A stretch of 64,000 nt of DNA from Rhodospirillales bacterium (GTDB lineage: Bacteria > Pseudomonadota > Alphaproteobacteria > Acetobacterales > Acetobacteraceae): the NCBI GenBank assembly GCA_017304945.1, contig JAFKLG010000069.1:61936-125935 (forward strand). The letters run 5' to 3'. Below the pieces are notes generated by a model. It made no database searches, had not been told where the DNA came from, and saw only the letters and a list, made by a program, of their open reading frames with translations. The position numbers and the translations under genes are program-made. Of the stretch, positions 46,121 to 56,558 are shown piece after piece. The stretch's first letter is position 1. Every line of letters begins with the position of its first letter.

Positions 46121-46357
46121 GGTCGTAGCCCGCGCGTCCGCGGGTGCGCCTGCGGATGCGTCCGTGATTGCCCCTGGCGCCGGCGTCGCCCTGGATGCCC
46201 CTTGGGGTTGCCGCTGGCGCGTCCGAGCCGCGGGCTGTTCGACGCACCACGTAGGCGAAAGCCTGCATGCCGCGCACGGCCGATCGTCGGTGCTGGCGGT
46301 ACCGGGACGCGCACGGAATGGTGTAGTCTGCCGGCAGCAAGTTCGAGGACCGCTCCA

Positions 46358-47074
46358 ATGATCGTCGCCGACGTCATGACCCGCCACGTTCTGTCCGTCG
46401 CACCAGAGAGCACCGTCGAAGAGGCGGCGGCGACGATGCTCGAGCGCGGCTTCTCCGGCCTGTTCGTGGTCGACGCCAAGGGCGACCTGGTGGGCGTGGT
46501 AACCGAGGGCGACCTGCTGCGCCGCGACGAGATCGGCACCCAGCGGCACCGGCCCTGGTGGCTGCGGCTGCTGGTCTCGCCCGGTCGCCAGGCGGCGGAC
46601 TTCACCCGCACGCATGGGCGCCGCGTCAGCGACGTGATGACCGAGTCGGTGATCAGCGTGCCGCACGACGCGGAACTCGAGACCGTGGTCGACCTGATGG
46701 AGCGGAACCGGATCAAGCGCGTGCCGGTGACGCAGGACGGGCGCGTGGTGGGCGTGGTCAGCCGTGCCGACCTGCTGCGCGCCCTGGTGACCCGCGCGCG
46801 CAAGGAAGCCCCGGTGAGCGCGGACGACCGGACGGTGCGCGCGGCGATCCTGGACGGGCTCGACAAGCAGTCCTGGGCGCCGATGACGACGCTGAACGTG
46901 ACCGTGGTCGACGGCGTGGTCGATGTCTGGGGCACCATCACCAACGACGACGAGCGGCGCGCGATCTGCGTGATCGCCGAGAACACGCCGGGGGTGAAGT
47001 CGGTGCGCGACCATCTCGTGTTCGTCGAGCCCTATTCGGGCACGGTGATCGAAGCCCCTGACGACAAGGCGTGA
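46358..47074 (+). CDS. CBS-pair plus BON domain protein
   Basis: ATG at 46358. Two CBS repeats (VMTRHVLSVAPESTVEEAAATMLERGFSGLFVVD; VMTESVISVPHDAELETVVDLMERNRIKRVPV) and a C-terminal BON-like segment VTVVDGVVDVWGTI...PGVKSVRDHL. Confidence 0.8.
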   Translation: MIVADVMTRHVLSVAPESTVEEAAATMLERGFSGLFVVDAKGDLVGVVTEGDLLRRDEIGTQRHRPWWLRLLVSPGRQAADFTRTHGRRVSDVMTESVISVPHDAELETVVDLMERNRIKRVPVTQDGRVVGVVSRADLLRALVTRARKEAPVSADDRTVRAAILDGLDKQSWAPMTTLNVTVVDGVVDVWGTITNDDERRAICVIAENTPGVKSVRDHLVFVEPYSGTVIEAPDDKA

Positions 47075-48537
47075 GCGGGGTCTTCGATCTCGCCATCATC
47101 GGCGGCGGTATCAACGGGGCCGGCATCGCGCGCGACGCGGCCGGTCGCGGCCTGTCCGTGCTGCTGCTCGAGCAGGCGGACCTGGCCGGCGCGACCTCCT
47201 CCGCCTCCACCAAGCTGATCCATGGCGGCCTGCGCTACCTGGAGCATTACGAGTTCCGCCTGGTGCGGGAGGCGCTGGCCGAACGGGAGGTGCTGCTGCA
47301 GGCGGCGCCGCACATCGCCTGGCCCCTGCGCTTCGTGCTGCCGCACCATGCCGGCTTGCGGCCCTGGTGGATGGTGCGCACCGGGCTGTTCCTCTACGAC
47401 CATCTGGGCGGGCGCCGCATCCTGCCGCCGACCCGCGTGCTCGACCTGCGGACCGATCCCGCCGGCGCGCCGCTGAAGCCCGACTTCACCCGCGGCTTCG
47501 AGTATTCCGATTGCTGGGTGGACGACGCACGCCTGGTCGTGCTGGCCGCGCGCGACGCGGCGCTGCGGGGTGCCGACATCCGCACGCGCACCGCGTGCGT
47601 GGGCGCACGGGTCGAGGACGGCGCGTGGTCGCTGACCCTGGGCGACGGCACGCAGGCGCGCGCGCGCGTGCTGGTGAATGCCGCCGGCCCCTGGGTGTCG
47701 CAGGTGCTGGCGGAGGTCGTGGGCGCCAACGCCCCGACTCGGGTCCGACTGGTGAAAGGCGCGCACATCGTGGTGCCGCGCCTGTTCGCGCATGACCGCT
47801 GCTACATCTTCCAGAACGCGGACCAGCGGATCGTCTTCGCGATCCCTTACCAGGACGACTTCACCCTGATCGGCACCACCGACGAGGAGGTCGAGGGCGA
47901 TCCACGCCAGGTTGCCTGCACGCCGGCGGACGAGGCCTATCTCTGCGCCGCGGTCGGCACCTATCTGCGCACGCCCGTCGATCCCGCCAGCATCGTCTGG
48001 CGCTATGCCGGGGTACGGCCGCTGCGCGACGACGGCGCCAGCAAGGCGCAGGAGGCGACGCGCGACTACGTGCTGGAACTGTCCGGCACGCCGCCGGTGC
48101 TGAGCGTGTTCGGCGGCAAGATCACCACGTTCCGGCGGCTCGCGGAGTCCGCCATGGCCAGGCTGGCGCCGTTCTTTCCCGGACTGAAGGGGGCCTGGAC
48201 CGCCGGTGCCCCGCTGCCCGGCGGCGACTTCCCCTGGGATGGCGCGCCGGCGCTGCAGGCGGAGCTGATGCGCCGGCATCCGTTCCTGCCCGACAAGACC
48301 GCGCGGCGGCTGGTGCGCGCCTATGGCACCGAGGCGGCGGAGGTGCTGGGGGACGCCCAGGGCTGGGACGACCTCGGCCGCTGGTTCGGCGGCGGCCTGA
48401 CGGCGCGCGAGGTCGATTGGCTGGTGCGGCACGAATGGGCGCGCAGCGCAGAGGACGTGCTGTGGCGCCGGAGCAAGCTGGGGCTGCGGCTGAGCGCCCA
48501 GGAACGCGCAGGCCTGGCCGAGGTCCTGGGCGGCTGA
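47071..48537 (+). CDS. glpD: Aerobic glycerol-3-phosphate dehydrogenase
   Basis: FDLAIIGGGINGAGIARDAAGRG FAD fold and STKLIHGGLRYLE. The GTG start overlaps the upstream TGA. Confidence 0.85.
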   Translation: MSGVFDLAIIGGGINGAGIARDAAGRGLSVLLLEQADLAGATSSASTKLIHGGLRYLEHYEFRLVREALAEREVLLQAAPHIAWPLRFVLPHHAGLRPWWMVRTGLFLYDHLGGRRILPPTRVLDLRTDPAGAPLKPDFTRGFEYSDCWVDDARLVVLAARDAALRGADIRTRTACVGARVEDGAWSLTLGDGTQARARVLVNAAGPWVSQVLAEVVGANAPTRVRLVKGAHIVVPRLFAHDRCYIFQNADQRIVFAIPYQDDFTLIGTTDEEVEGDPRQVACTPADEAYLCAAVGTYLRTPVDPASIVWRYAGVRPLRDDGASKAQEATRDYVLELSGTPPVLSVFGGKITTFRRLAESAMARLAPFFPGLKGAWTAGAPLPGGDFPWDGAPALQAELMRRHPFLPDKTARRLVRAYGTEAAEVLGDAQGWDDLGRWFGGGLTAREVDWLVRHEWARSAEDVLWRRSKLGLRLSAQERAGLAEVLGG

Positions 48538-48606
48538 GGGTGTGAGCGGCTGAGACCGCAGGGGCCGCGCCCGGGACGGCAGAGGGTCCGTAAGCTTATC
48601 GGAAGG

Positions 48607-48753
48607 TCAGGATCGGTCGTCGTCGAACAGGATGCGGTTCGCGGCCCCTTCCAGGTCGTCGTACTGGCCGGACCGGAGCGCCCAGAGGAACACCGCGAGC
48701 CCGCCGCCGCCCAGCACCAGGCTGCCGGCCAGCAGATACAGGATGACGCTCAT
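48607..48753 (-). CDS. ccoS: cbb3 oxidase maturation protein CcoS/FixS
   Basis: 48 aa: MSVILYLLAGSLVLGGGGLAVFLWALRSGQYDDLEGAANRILFDDD. ATG verified at 48753; 4-nt overlap with the ccoI stop. Confidence 0.85.
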   Translation of the reverse strand: MSVILYLLAGSLVLGGGGLAVFLWALRSGQYDDLEGAANRILFDDDRS

Positions 48754-51179
48754 CTTGCCCCTCCCCGCCTCAGGCGGAAGCTGTTCAGGATCACCAGCAG
48801 CGACGAGCTCGACATGGCCGCCGCCGCGAGCCAGGGCGTGACCAGGCCGGCCACCGCCAGCGGCACCATCAGCACGTTGTAGCCGATCGACAGCGCCAGA
48901 TTTTCCCGCATGGTCGCCCGCGCGCGGCGCGCGGTGTCGAGGATCGTGGCGACGGGGGCGAGGTCGTGGCCCTGGAACACCACGTCCGCCACGGTCTGGC
49001 TGATATCGGCTGCCGTCGCCGGCGAGGCGGAGACATGCGCCGCCGCCAGCGAGGGCCCGTCGTTGAGCCCGTCGCCCACCATCAGCACGCGCCGGCCGGA
49101 CGCCGCGAGCGCTTCGATCGCGGCGACCTTCTCGACCGGCGAGCAGCCCGCCTGCCATGCATCGATGCCCAGCGTCGCGGCCACCCGCTCGACCGCCCCC
49201 GCGCGGTCGCCGGAGAGGAGGCGAATGTCGACGCCCATGCGGCGCAGGCGCGCGATGACGGCAGCGGCGTCGGGGCGCAGCCGCTCGTCGAACACGAAGC
49301 GCACCGGCGCCTGGTGCGGCCGCGCGAGCCACAATTCCGGACGGTCGGCCGGCGGCGCGTCCGGATCGCCGCAGAAGGCGCGGCTGCCGAGGCGGATCTC
49401 GCCCAGGCTCAGGCCCTGGCCTTGATGTTCCACCACGCCGGCGGCGGCATGCACCGGACCGGCGGCGGCGAGCAGCGAGCGCGCGAGCGGATGCCGGCTG
49501 CTCGCCGCGAGCGAGGCCGCGAGACGCAAGCTCTCCGGATCGGGCGCGTTGGCGTCCCGGGTCTGCTCCCCTGCCCCGACCAGGCCCAGCGTGGGGTCGG
49601 TCAGCGTGCCGGTCTTGTCGAACACGACGGTGTCGACCTCGGCCAGCCGCTCGAGCGCGGTCGCCGACTTGAGCAGCACGCCCGACTGGAACAGCCGGCT
49701 GGTGGCGATCACCTGCACCGCCGGCACCGCGAGCGCCAGCGCGCAGGGGCAGGTGATGATCAGCACCGCGCTCGCGATCAGCAGCGCGGGGGCGAGCGCC
49801 ATGCCGCCGATCAGGTACCAGTAGAGGAAGCTCAGCAGCGCGGTCAGGTGGACGGCGGGCGCGTAGCGGCGCGCGACCCGGTCGGCGAGCACCACGAAGC
49901 GCGAGCGCCGCGCCTCCGCCGCCTCGATCAGCCGCACGCATTCGGCGAGCAGGGTCGCACCGCCGGTGGCGGTCGCCCGCACGACCAGCGGCTCGCCCAG
50001 GTTCAGCGTACCGGCGAACACTTGCGTGCCGATGCCTGCCTGCACCGGCAGGCTCTCGCCGGTCACCAGGCTGGCATCGAGCGCCGAGGTCCCGCGTTCC
50101 ACCACCCCGTCCACGCCGATGCGTTCGCCGAGGCCGACCAGGATGCGATCGCCGGGGGCGACGGCCTGCTGCGCGCGGCGGAGCGTGGTGCCGTCCGGCT
50201 GCAGCACGGCGACGTCGCTGGCGCGCAGCGTCAGGAGCTGTTCGGCGGTGGCGCGGGCGACGCCGCGGGCGCGGTGGTCGAGCACGCGGCCGATCAGCAG
50301 GAAGAACAGCAGCGAGACCGCGCTGTCGAAATAGGTGTGCTCGCCGTGGCGGTAGCTCTCCACCAGGCTCATCACCGTGACCAGCATCACGCCGATGCTG
50401 ATCGGCACGTCCATGTTGCTGCGGCCCTGGCGCAGCGCCGCGGCGGCGGAGCGGAAGAACGGCATGCCGGCATAGGCAATGGCCGGGAGCGCGATCAGTG
50501 CGGAGAACCAGTGCAGCAGGTCGCGCGTCGCCGGCCCCATGCCGTCGAGCCAGCCCGCCGCCTCCCCGGCCCAGATGCCGATCGAGATGAACATGACGTT
50601 GCCGGCCGCGAACCCCGCGACGGCGAGCGCGCGCATCAGGGCGCGGCCGGTATGGTCCTGCGCCGCCTTCAGCGCGGCGGCGTCGAACGGAACCAGCCGG
50701 TAGCCGAGCGCCTCGATCCGGCCGACCAGGCGTTCGGCATCGGCGGCGGCGCCGCGCCAAACCAGGCGGAGGCGGCGCGTGGTCATGTTGACACGGCCCG
50801 CGGCGACGGCGGGCTCGCGGCCGAGCACGCTCTCGATCAGCCAGACGCAGGCACCGCATTGCAGCCCGTCGATCGCCATCGAGAGTTCGCAGGTTCCGTC
50901 TTCGTTGACCGTGACCGCGCGGTCGAGGTCCCAGCGCTCCCCGGTTTCGGGGCGCGGCGCCCGCAACGCCGGGTCGAGCAGCCGCTGCTGGTAGTAGCGG
51001 CCGAGACCGAGGCCCTGGATGGTCTCGAAGGCGGCGCTGCAGCCGGGGCAGCAGAAGCGCGGGCCACGCGCGCCCGATCCGCCGCCGTCCGGGATCGGCT
51101 GGCCGCAATGGGCGCAGACGGTTTCGGCGGCCTCGGCCGATGCGGCGTGCAGGAGACGGTCGGCGGTGACGGCGGTCAT
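48750..51179 (-). CDS. ccoI: Copper-translocating P1B-type ATPase CcoI/FixI
   Basis: N-terminal CAHCGQP metal site, CPC motif (ITCPCALALAVP), DKTGTLT phosphorylation site and GDGLNDGP. Confidence 0.9.
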   Translation of the reverse strand: MTAVTADRLLHAASAEAAETVCAHCGQPIPDGGGSGARGPRFCCPGCSAAFETIQGLGLGRYYQQRLLDPALRAPRPETGERWDLDRAVTVNEDGTCELSMAIDGLQCGACVWLIESVLGREPAVAAGRVNMTTRRLRLVWRGAAADAERLVGRIEALGYRLVPFDAAALKAAQDHTGRALMRALAVAGFAAGNVMFISIGIWAGEAAGWLDGMGPATRDLLHWFSALIALPAIAYAGMPFFRSAAAALRQGRSNMDVPISIGVMLVTVMSLVESYRHGEHTYFDSAVSLLFFLLIGRVLDHRARGVARATAEQLLTLRASDVAVLQPDGTTLRRAQQAVAPGDRILVGLGERIGVDGVVERGTSALDASLVTGESLPVQAGIGTQVFAGTLNLGEPLVVRATATGGATLLAECVRLIEAAEARRSRFVVLADRVARRYAPAVHLTALLSFLYWYLIGGMALAPALLIASAVLIITCPCALALAVPAVQVIATSRLFQSGVLLKSATALERLAEVDTVVFDKTGTLTDPTLGLVGAGEQTRDANAPDPESLRLAASLAASSRHPLARSLLAAAGPVHAAAGVVEHQGQGLSLGEIRLGSRAFCGDPDAPPADRPELWLARPHQAPVRFVFDERLRPDAAAVIARLRRMGVDIRLLSGDRAGAVERVAATLGIDAWQAGCSPVEKVAAIEALAASGRRVLMVGDGLNDGPSLAAAHVSASPATAADISQTVADVVFQGHDLAPVATILDTARRARATMRENLALSIGYNVLMVPLAVAGLVTPWLAAAAMSSSSLLVILNSFRLRRGGAR

Positions 51180-51190
51180 GCGTCGCTCGT

Positions 51191-51688
51191 TCAGCGCACC
51201 AGGATGCGGCGGGTCACCGCGACGTCGTGTCCGACCGCGTGGGCCGCCAGGTGGAGGTCCCACTGGCCGGGCGCGACCAGCGGCACATCGGCCAGGTAGC
51301 GGCCGGGCGCGACCTGCTGGAACGCCAGGCGCGTGGTGTGCGCGGCTCCCACCGGCCGTTCGGCGACCGCGGTAACGGTGGCATCCGCGAGCGGCGCGCC
51401 GCTGGGATCGGTCAGCACCAGGACCGGCCGCCGGTTCGCATCGGCATCGGCCTGCAAGCTCCAGCCGAGCGCGTTCTGCTGCGCGCGGGCGTCGAGGACG
51501 GTGTTGTAGTGGTTGGAGAGGTCGAACCCGTCGGCGCCGGCCTTGCCGGGGAAGCTGCCGATCGCGGCATAGATCATGCCGCCGTTCACCGACATCACCA
51601 CCAGCATCCCGCCGATCACGACGGCGGGGAAGAACCGCCAGCCCGACCGCTGCGGTCGGCGCGCGTGCATGCCATCCTGGAGACGCAT
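51191..51688 (-). CDS. ccoH: cbb3 oxidase assembly protein CcoH/FixH
   Basis: 165 aa with a single N-terminal TM helix (FFPAVVIGGMLVVMSVNGGMIY). FixH-like periplasmic domain. Sits between ccoG and ccoI. Confidence 0.8.
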   Translation of the reverse strand: MRLQDGMHARRPQRSGWRFFPAVVIGGMLVVMSVNGGMIYAAIGSFPGKAGADGFDLSNHYNTVLDARAQQNALGWSLQADADANRRPVLVLTDPSGAPLADATVTAVAERPVGAAHTTRLAFQQVAPGRYLADVPLVAPGQWDLHLAAHAVGHDVAVTRRILVR

Positions 51689-51692
51689 CGTG

Positions 51693-53285
51693 TTACCTCC
51701 GCCCCTGCGAATTCGGGCCCATGAAGACCGAGTGGTAGACCGTCTGCTCGCCGGTCACCGCGTTGCGCAGCTTGAAGTCGATCGGCTGCGAGCCGTCGTC
51801 GAGCGCGGTGGGCGTGCCGGTGACCAGGATGCGGAACGTACCGACGCGATCGGCGCCGACCGGCAGGCCCAGCGTCGTGGCGGGACTGGACGCCTCGTCG
51901 GCCTCGGTCAGCACCGCACCGGGAAGCCCGTCGGTGCTGAGTTCGAACGTGACCGGGACCTGCGTCTTGTTGCTGATCTTGATCGTGTAGCCGTTGCGCA
52001 GGGATCCATCGACGAGCTTGACGAACAGCGGCGCGCGGTCGTGCTGCACCGAGAGGTCGATGGTCGGGCGCATCGCGAGCGCGACCGCCATGGCCAGCGC
52101 GGCGATGCAGAGTGCCGAGAGATAGATGATCGTGCGCGGACGGAAGAAGCGGAACCCGGCATGGGTGCCGGCCGCCTTCGCAGCCTGGTCGGCCAGCGTG
52201 TCCCAGGTGATCAGCCAGCCGGGCTTGCCGGTCTTCTGCATGACGTGGTTGCACGCATCGATGCACAGGCCGCAGTTGATGCATTCGAGCTGGATGCCGT
52301 CGCGGATATCGATGCCGGTGGGGCAGGCGGTGACGCAGGCGCCGCAATCGACGCAGTCCCCTGCCCTGGCGGTCACGGGAGCGGCGGCCGCGCCCGCAGC
52401 GGCGGTGGCGCTCGCAGCGACGGCTACGGGCGCACCCGCAGCGGCGACGGCAACGGGCGCTCCCGGAGCGGCGGTGGCGTTCGCAGGGGTGGCATCGGGC
52501 CGCTTGCCGCGCATGCGCGGCTCGCCGCGCCAGCTCTGGTAGGTGACGGTCAGGCTCTGCTCGTCGAGCATCGCGGACTGGAAGCGCGGCCAGGGGCACA
52601 TGTAGGTGCAGACCTGCTCGCGCGCCCAGCCGGCCAGCAGGTAGGTGGTCGCGGTGAACAGGAAGGTGAAGAAATACACCTCGCTGGAGGCGGTGCCGGT
52701 CCAGAACTCCACCGTCACCGTCGGCGCATCGACGTAGTACATGATCCACGCGCCGCCGGTCCAGAACGCGATCCCCAGCCACAGCACGTGCTTGAGCGTC
52801 TTGCGCCACACGACGTCGGCGGTGACCGGACCGGCGTCGCGTTTCATGCGCTCGTTGCGGTCGCCCTCGATCTGGCGCTCGATCCACATGTAGAGATCGG
52901 TCCAGACCGTCTGCGGGCAGGCGTAGCCGCACCAGACGCGGCCCACCAGGCTGGTCACCAGGAACAGCCCGACCGCACCCATGATCAGCAGGCCGGTCAG
53001 GTAGTAGATGTCCTGCGGCCAGAACTCGAGATTGAAGAAGTAGAAGCGCTCATGCCACAGGTCCAGCAGCACCGCCTGGTCCGGCTGGTGCGGCGCGCGG
53101 GACCAGCGCAGCCAGGGGAGCAGGTAGTAGACGCTGAGGCAGAAGGCCAGCACCGCCCACTTGAACCGCCGCACCGGGCCGCGCACGGATTTCGGGTAGA
53201 CCCGCACACGGTTGGCGTAGAGGTGCTGGCCGGCCTCCTCCTGCTCGACTTGCAGCTTCCGGTCGGTCTTGCTGATCCGGGACAC
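51693..53285 (-). CDS. ccoG: cbb3 oxidase accessory ferredoxin/cupric reductase CcoG/FixG
   Basis: GTG at 53285 (VSRISKT). Membrane domain plus two 4Fe-4S motifs, CVDCGACVTACP and CINCGLCIDACN. Carries an Ala/Pro-rich insert upstream of the first cluster. Confidence 0.85.
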   Translation of the reverse strand: MSRISKTDRKLQVEQEEAGQHLYANRVRVYPKSVRGPVRRFKWAVLAFCLSVYYLLPWLRWSRAPHQPDQAVLLDLWHERFYFFNLEFWPQDIYYLTGLLIMGAVGLFLVTSLVGRVWCGYACPQTVWTDLYMWIERQIEGDRNERMKRDAGPVTADVVWRKTLKHVLWLGIAFWTGGAWIMYYVDAPTVTVEFWTGTASSEVYFFTFLFTATTYLLAGWAREQVCTYMCPWPRFQSAMLDEQSLTVTYQSWRGEPRMRGKRPDATPANATAAPGAPVAVAAAGAPVAVAASATAAAGAAAAPVTARAGDCVDCGACVTACPTGIDIRDGIQLECINCGLCIDACNHVMQKTGKPGWLITWDTLADQAAKAAGTHAGFRFFRPRTIIYLSALCIAALAMAVALAMRPTIDLSVQHDRAPLFVKLVDGSLRNGYTIKISNKTQVPVTFELSTDGLPGAVLTEADEASSPATTLGLPVGADRVGTFRILVTGTPTALDDGSQPIDFKLRNAVTGEQTVYHSVFMGPNSQGRR

Positions 53286-53302
53286 GCGCGCTTCTCCGTT
53301 GG

Positions 53303-54172
53303 TTACTCGCCGCCGCCCAGTGAATGGACGTAGATGGCGAGGCTCTTGATCGTCGCGGTGTCCAGCCGGGTGTGCCAGGCGGGCATCACGCCCATCTTCG
53401 GGTTGGTCACCTGGGCCACGATCGCGGCGAGGTCGTCGCCGTAGAGATGCGTGCGCGCGGCGAGCTTCGGCGCGCCCATCTCGCGGTTTCCCTGTCCGGC
53501 GTCGCCGTGGCAGACGGCGCAGTTCTCGGCGAAGATCTGCTTGCCGGCTTCCACCGCCTTGCCCGTCTCCGGCTTGCCGTAGAGCGTGGCGACGTAGGTC
53601 GCGACCTGCTGGATCTCGTCGGGCTTCAGCACGCCGTCGGCGCCGAAGCGCGGCATCTGGCTGTTGCGCGCATCGGCATCGCCGCTGCGGATGCCGTAGG
53701 TGATGGTCTGCTGGATCTCCGGCAGCGTGCCGCCCCACAGCCAGTTGCCCGCGGCGAGCGCCGGGTAGCCCGGGTTGCCGCCGCCGCCCGCGCCATGGCA
53801 GGGCTGGCAGTTGTTGGCGAAGGTGATGCGGCCCGCGGTCTCGGCCATCGCCATCAGTTGCGGATCCTTGCGGATCTCGTCGAAGGGCAGCGCCGCGATC
53901 TTGTCCATCGCGCCGGCGCGCTGCTTCGCGACCGCGGCGACGTCGGCCTCAACCTTGTCACGCTGCGAGTAGCCCAGCGTGCCGCGGAAGTAGCCGTTGA
54001 CGCCCGGCCAGGACGGGTAGAGCACGAACCACACGGCGGCCCAGACGATGGTGGCGTACATCGTGTACAGCCACCATTTGGGCAGCGGGCGGTTCAGCTC
54101 CTTCAGCCCGTCCCACTCGTGACCGGTCGTGGTGTGACCGGTGACGGAGTCCTTTTCGATCTTGGTTGGCAC
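53303..54172 (-). CDS. ccoP: cbb3-type cytochrome c oxidase subunit III, diheme (CcoP/FixP)
   Basis: N-terminal TM helix and two CxxCH motifs (CQPCHG, CAVCHG). Confidence 0.9.
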   Translation of the reverse strand: MPTKIEKDSVTGHTTTGHEWDGLKELNRPLPKWWLYTMYATIVWAAVWFVLYPSWPGVNGYFRGTLGYSQRDKVEADVAAVAKQRAGAMDKIAALPFDEIRKDPQLMAMAETAGRITFANNCQPCHGAGGGGNPGYPALAAGNWLWGGTLPEIQQTITYGIRSGDADARNSQMPRFGADGVLKPDEIQQVATYVATLYGKPETGKAVEAGKQIFAENCAVCHGDAGQGNREMGAPKLAARTHLYGDDLAAIVAQVTNPKMGVMPAWHTRLDTATIKSLAIYVHSLGGGE

Positions 54173-54184
54173 GAGGAAACTCCT

Positions 54185-54337
54185 TCAGCGGTCGTCTTCG
54201 AGAGGGATGCGGCTGATCTGGTCGAAGGTCCGCCGGCGACCCGGCCAGAAGGTCACGACCACGATCAGGACGAAGACCGCGAACATCCACAGGATCGAGT
54301 GATGCTGCAGCCAGAGGAGGATCGGCATGACGTCCAT
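54185..54337 (-). CDS. ccoQ: cbb3-type cytochrome c oxidase subunit CcoQ/FixQ
   Basis: Not in the supplied ORF track (under 60 aa). My translation is MDVMPILLWLQHHSILWMFAVFVLIVVVTFWPGRRRTFDQISRIPLEDDR (50 aa, one TM). It sits between ccoO and ccoP. Confidence 0.75.
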   Translation of the reverse strand: MDVMPILLWLQHHSILWMFAVFVLIVVVTFWPGRRRTFDQISRIPLEDDR

Positions 54338-54346
54338 GGTCGCCTC

Positions 54347-55063
54347 CTATTGCCGCGGCTTCTCGTTCGCCGGATCGGCGAAGTCGACCATGGTTCCGAG
54401 CACCTGGAGGTAGGCGACGAGCGCGTCCATTTCGGTGGGCTGCTTGCCATCGCCGGGCACCGTGACCGCTTTCGGATAGCGCTTCAGCAGGTCGGTGTTG
54501 TCGGCGGACGGATCCGCCTGCGTGCGCAGGTCGGCGGCCGCGTTGGCGATGTCCTCGTCGCTGTACGGCACGCCCACCGCCCGCTGCGCCTTCATCCGCG
54601 CCACCGCGTCGGCCGTCTCGAGCGGGGTGTCGGCGAGGAAGGCGTAGTGCGGCATCAACGATTCCGGCACCACGCTCTGCGCGTTGATCAGATGCGCATA
54701 GTGCCAGTCGCTCGAATACTTGCCGCCGACGCGCGCCAGGTCCGGCCCGATGCGCTTGGAGCCCCACTGGAACGGGTGGTCATACATGCTCTCGGCCGCG
54801 ATCGAGTAGTGGCCGTAGCGCTCCACCTCGTCGCGCAGCGCGCGGATCATCTGGCTGTGGCAGGTATAGCAGCCCTCCCGCACGTAGATGTCGCGGCCAC
54901 GCGCCTCGAGCGGCGAATAGGGACGCACCCCCTTCACGTGCTCGACGGTGGTTTCGATCGTAAACAGCGGCACCACCTCGACGATGCCGCCGATCGCCAC
55001 CGTGAGCAGCGTCAGCACCAGCATCAGGATGGCGTTCTTCTCGATGAGTTCGTGGCGGAACAT
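54347..55063 (-). CDS. ccoO: cbb3-type cytochrome c oxidase subunit II, monoheme (CcoO/FixO)
   Basis: ATG at 55063 ([10 protein letters not shown]). CYTCHSQ heme site. Confidence 0.9.
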   Translation of the reverse strand: MFRHELIEKNAILMLVLTLLTVAIGGIVEVVPLFTIETTVEHVKGVRPYSPLEARGRDIYVREGCYTCHSQMIRALRDEVERYGHYSIAAESMYDHPFQWGSKRIGPDLARVGGKYSSDWHYAHLINAQSVVPESLMPHYAFLADTPLETADAVARMKAQRAVGVPYSDEDIANAAADLRTQADPSADNTDLLKRYPKAVTVPGDGKQPTEMDALVAYLQVLGTMVDFADPANEKPRQ

Positions 55064-55067
55064 CGTC

Positions 55068-56558
55068 TCACTCCCCCGCCACGGCCACGCCGGCCGGCAG
55101 CGCCTCACGACGCGCGGTCGAGGGGCTGCGGACGGTCTGGATCAGGTTGTAGACCATGATCAGCGCACCGCTCAGGAAGAACACGCCGCCGATCAGCCGG
55201 ATCACGTAGTAGGGGTGCACCGCGTTCACGGACTCCGCGAACGAGTACTGCAGGAAGCCGAACTGGTCGTAGGCGCGCCACATCAGGCCCTGCATGATGC
55301 CGGCCACCCACATCGAGGTGATGTAGAAGACGATGCCCAGCGTCGCGACCCAGTAGTGCCAGGACACCAGCCGGGTGGAATACAGACGCTCGCGTTTCCA
55401 CAGCACCGGCACCAGGTAATAGATCGCGCCGAAGCTGATGAACGCGACCCAGCCCAGCGCGCCGGAATGCACGTGGCCGATGCCCCAGTCGGTGTAGTGC
55501 GACAGCGAGTTCACGTCGCGGATCGACATCACCGGGCCCTCGAAGGTCGACATGCCGTAGAAGCCGACGGCGGTCACCGAGAAGCGCAGGCCGGGATCGG
55601 TGCGCAGTTTGTCCCAGGCGCCCGACAGGGTCATGATGCCGTTGATCATGCCGCCCCAGGACGGCATCCACAGCATGACCGAGAACGCCATGCCCAGCGT
55701 CTGCGTCCAGTCGGGCAGCGCGGTCCAGTGCAGGTGGTGCGGACCCGCCCACATGTACATGAAGATCAGCGACCAGAAGTGCACGATCGACAGCCGGTAG
55801 GAGTAGACCGGCCGTCCCGCCGCCTTCGGAATGAAGTAGTACATCATTCCCAGGAAGCCCGCGGTCAGGAAGAAGCCCACCGCGTTGTGGCCGTACCACC
55901 ACTGGATCATGGCGTTCTGCACGCCGGAGGCGAAGTTGTAGCTCTTGGCGGTGTAGATCGAGACCGGCAGGGCGACGTTGTTGCCCAAATGCAGGATCGC
56001 GACGGTCAGGATGAACGCCAGATAGAACCAGTTGGCGACATAGATGTGCGGCTCCTCGCGCTTCAGCAAGGTGCCGATGAACACCACCGCATAGAGCACC
56101 CAGACGACCGTCAGCCACAGGTCGAGATGCCACTCGGGTTCGGCGTATTCCTGGCCCTGGCTGAACCCCATCACGTAGGACAGCGCAGCCATTACGATGA
56201 AGAACTGGTAGCCCCAGAACAGGAAGTTCGCGAGCGCCTCGCCGCCGAACAGCCGCGCGCGGCAGGTGCGCTGCACGACGTAGAGCGAGGTGCCGAACAG
56301 CGCGGAGCCGCCGAAGGCGAAGATCGCGGCCGAGGTGTGCACCGGACGGAGGCGGCCGAAATTGGTGAAGGACAGGCCGAGGTTGAGTTGCGGCCAAGCG
56401 AGCTGGGCTGCGATCACCACGCCCACCAGGAAGGCCACCACCGCCCAGAACATCGCGGCGATGGTGAACTTGCGTACCACCGCCTCGTTGTAGACGACGG
56501 CCGTACGTGCCGGTGCGTGTGCCACCGGCATCACCCCACCGATGGCGAGGTCAGACAT
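55068..56558 (-). CDS. ccoN: cbb3-type cytochrome c oxidase subunit I (CcoN/FixN)
   Basis: 496 aa with 12+ TM helices. Heme-copper oxidase His ligands lie in the conserved contexts [19 protein letters not shown] and [10 protein letters not shown]. Confidence 0.9.
   Translation of the reverse strand: MSDLAIGGVMPVAHAPARTAVVYNEAVVRKFTIAAMFWAVVAFLVGVVIAAQLAWPQLNLGLSFTNFGRLRPVHTSAAIFAFGGSALFGTSLYVVQRTCRARLFGGEALANFLFWGYQFFIVMAALSYVMGFSQGQEYAEPEWHLDLWLTVVWVLYAVVFIGTLLKREEPHIYVANWFYLAFILTVAILHLGNNVALPVSIYTAKSYNFASGVQNAMIQWWYGHNAVGFFLTAGFLGMMYYFIPKAAGRPVYSYRLSIVHFWSLIFMYMWAGPHHLHWTALPDWTQTLGMAFSVMLWMPSWGGMINGIMTLSGAWDKLRTDPGLRFSVTAVGFYGMSTFEGPVMSIRDVNSLSHYTDWGIGHVHSGALGWVAFISFGAIYYLVPVLWKRERLYSTRLVSWHYWVATLGIVFYITSMWVAGIMQGLMWRAYDQFGFLQYSFAESVNAVHPYYVIRLIGGVFFLSGALIMVYNLIQTVRSPSTARREALPAGVAVAGE

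Noticed and set aside
44732-47014. 760-aa minus-strand ORF spanning two genes
   Set aside because: It is antisense to the M20 peptidase and CBS/BON genes, which both have clear family motifs. The ORF crosses their intergenic spacer and has no recognisable domains.
54265-54450. 61-aa minus-strand ORF in the ccoO-ccoQ region
   Set aside because: It is in the wrong frame and overlaps the 3' end of ccoO. The genuine ccoQ (50 aa, single TM) is the unlisted frame 54185-54337.
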